NCBI GenBank assembly: GCA_027051165.1
Contig: JALTZZ010000035.1
Span: 4,870 to 68,869 of the forward strand
DNA length: 64,000 nucleotides
From: an archaeon
Lineage (GTDB): Archaea > Hydrothermarchaeota > Hydrothermarchaeia > JALTZZ01
Reading direction: 5' to 3'
Positions within the stretch are counted from its first letter, which is position 1, and every line of letters begins with the position of its first letter. The notes below the pieces were generated by a model that worked only from the letters and a program-made list of their open reading frames with translations, did no database searches and had not been told where the DNA came from. Positions 63,824 to 64,000 of this stretch are shown piece by piece. A program made the translations under genes and the position numbers.

Positions 63824-64000
63824 AAAATAATCACTCTTATAACCTTTTTGGTTGGAACTTCTCGCTTTTAAGTTTAGAGCGAATCTTTTAAGTAAATACC
63901 TTTTCTTCAAGCTTCCTCAACCTAACCAAGATATCTTTTATTACTTCCTGATCCTTTCTGAACCTTTCAAACTCAGCCTTTAAATTGCTTATCTCTATGG

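Overview
This is a 64 kb archaeal chromosomal window: AT-rich, hyperthermophile-like codon usage, no rRNA, tRNA or CRISPR found. Most of it is core metabolism and information processing. In order along the window:

- Left flank: partial leuC/hacA, a hexapeptide-repeat (gamma-CA family) protein, LarC-like DUF111, hisD, a long NfeD protease and a rubrerythrin-like protein.
- 5.0-9.9 kb: a C/D box sRNA, then a small accessory islet bounded by decayed direct copies of the 3' end of elp3 (islet span ~5.3-9.8 kb). The islet holds a DUF4143 AAA+ ATPase, a HEPN-MNT pair, an unrecognised Cys-rich 406-aa protein, and VapBC.
- 9.8-15.9 kb: elp3, a leuB-like dehydrogenase, a divergent thermosome paralog and an ODP-like MBL-fold protein.
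- 15.9-21.3 kb: TldD/PmbA, then a class II ribonucleotide reductase carrying a LAGLIDADG intein, with an NfeD-short membrane gene immediately upstream.
- 21.4-31.0 kb: a complete 11-gene complex I-like operon (nuoABCDHIJKLMN, no nuoEFG).
- 31.1-33.6 kb: an FAH-family hydratase, an in-frame-stop-interrupted membrane-anchored wHTH gene and geranylgeranyl reductase.
- 33.6-43.4 kb: two in-frame paralogous surface-protein ORFs (2270 + 1000 aa) separated only by one TAG codon. They have CARDB/Ig-like repeats, very dense N-glycosylation sequons and a C-terminal CWB2-like triple module.
- 43.5-46.7 kb: a four-gene minus-strand cluster (ribC, a hypothetical, egsA, a permease).
- 46.7-55.3 kb: MCM followed by an RPA-like OB-fold protein that carries an MCM-type winged-helix tail, then DUF424, trpB, an HTH-CBS regulator, mptA, a coiled-coil repeat protein, and glnK-amt.
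- 55.4-63.8 kb: PolD large subunit with a second LAGLIDADG intein, a duplicated YkgJ-domain protein plus a TIM-barrel enzyme, Tfx, and a TRAM/RumA-type methyltransferase.

The most notable signals are the stop-interrupted giant glycoprotein, the elp3-3'-end repeat structure around the toxin-antitoxin/ATPase islet, the textbook C/D box sRNA, and two inteins with matching unusual termini.
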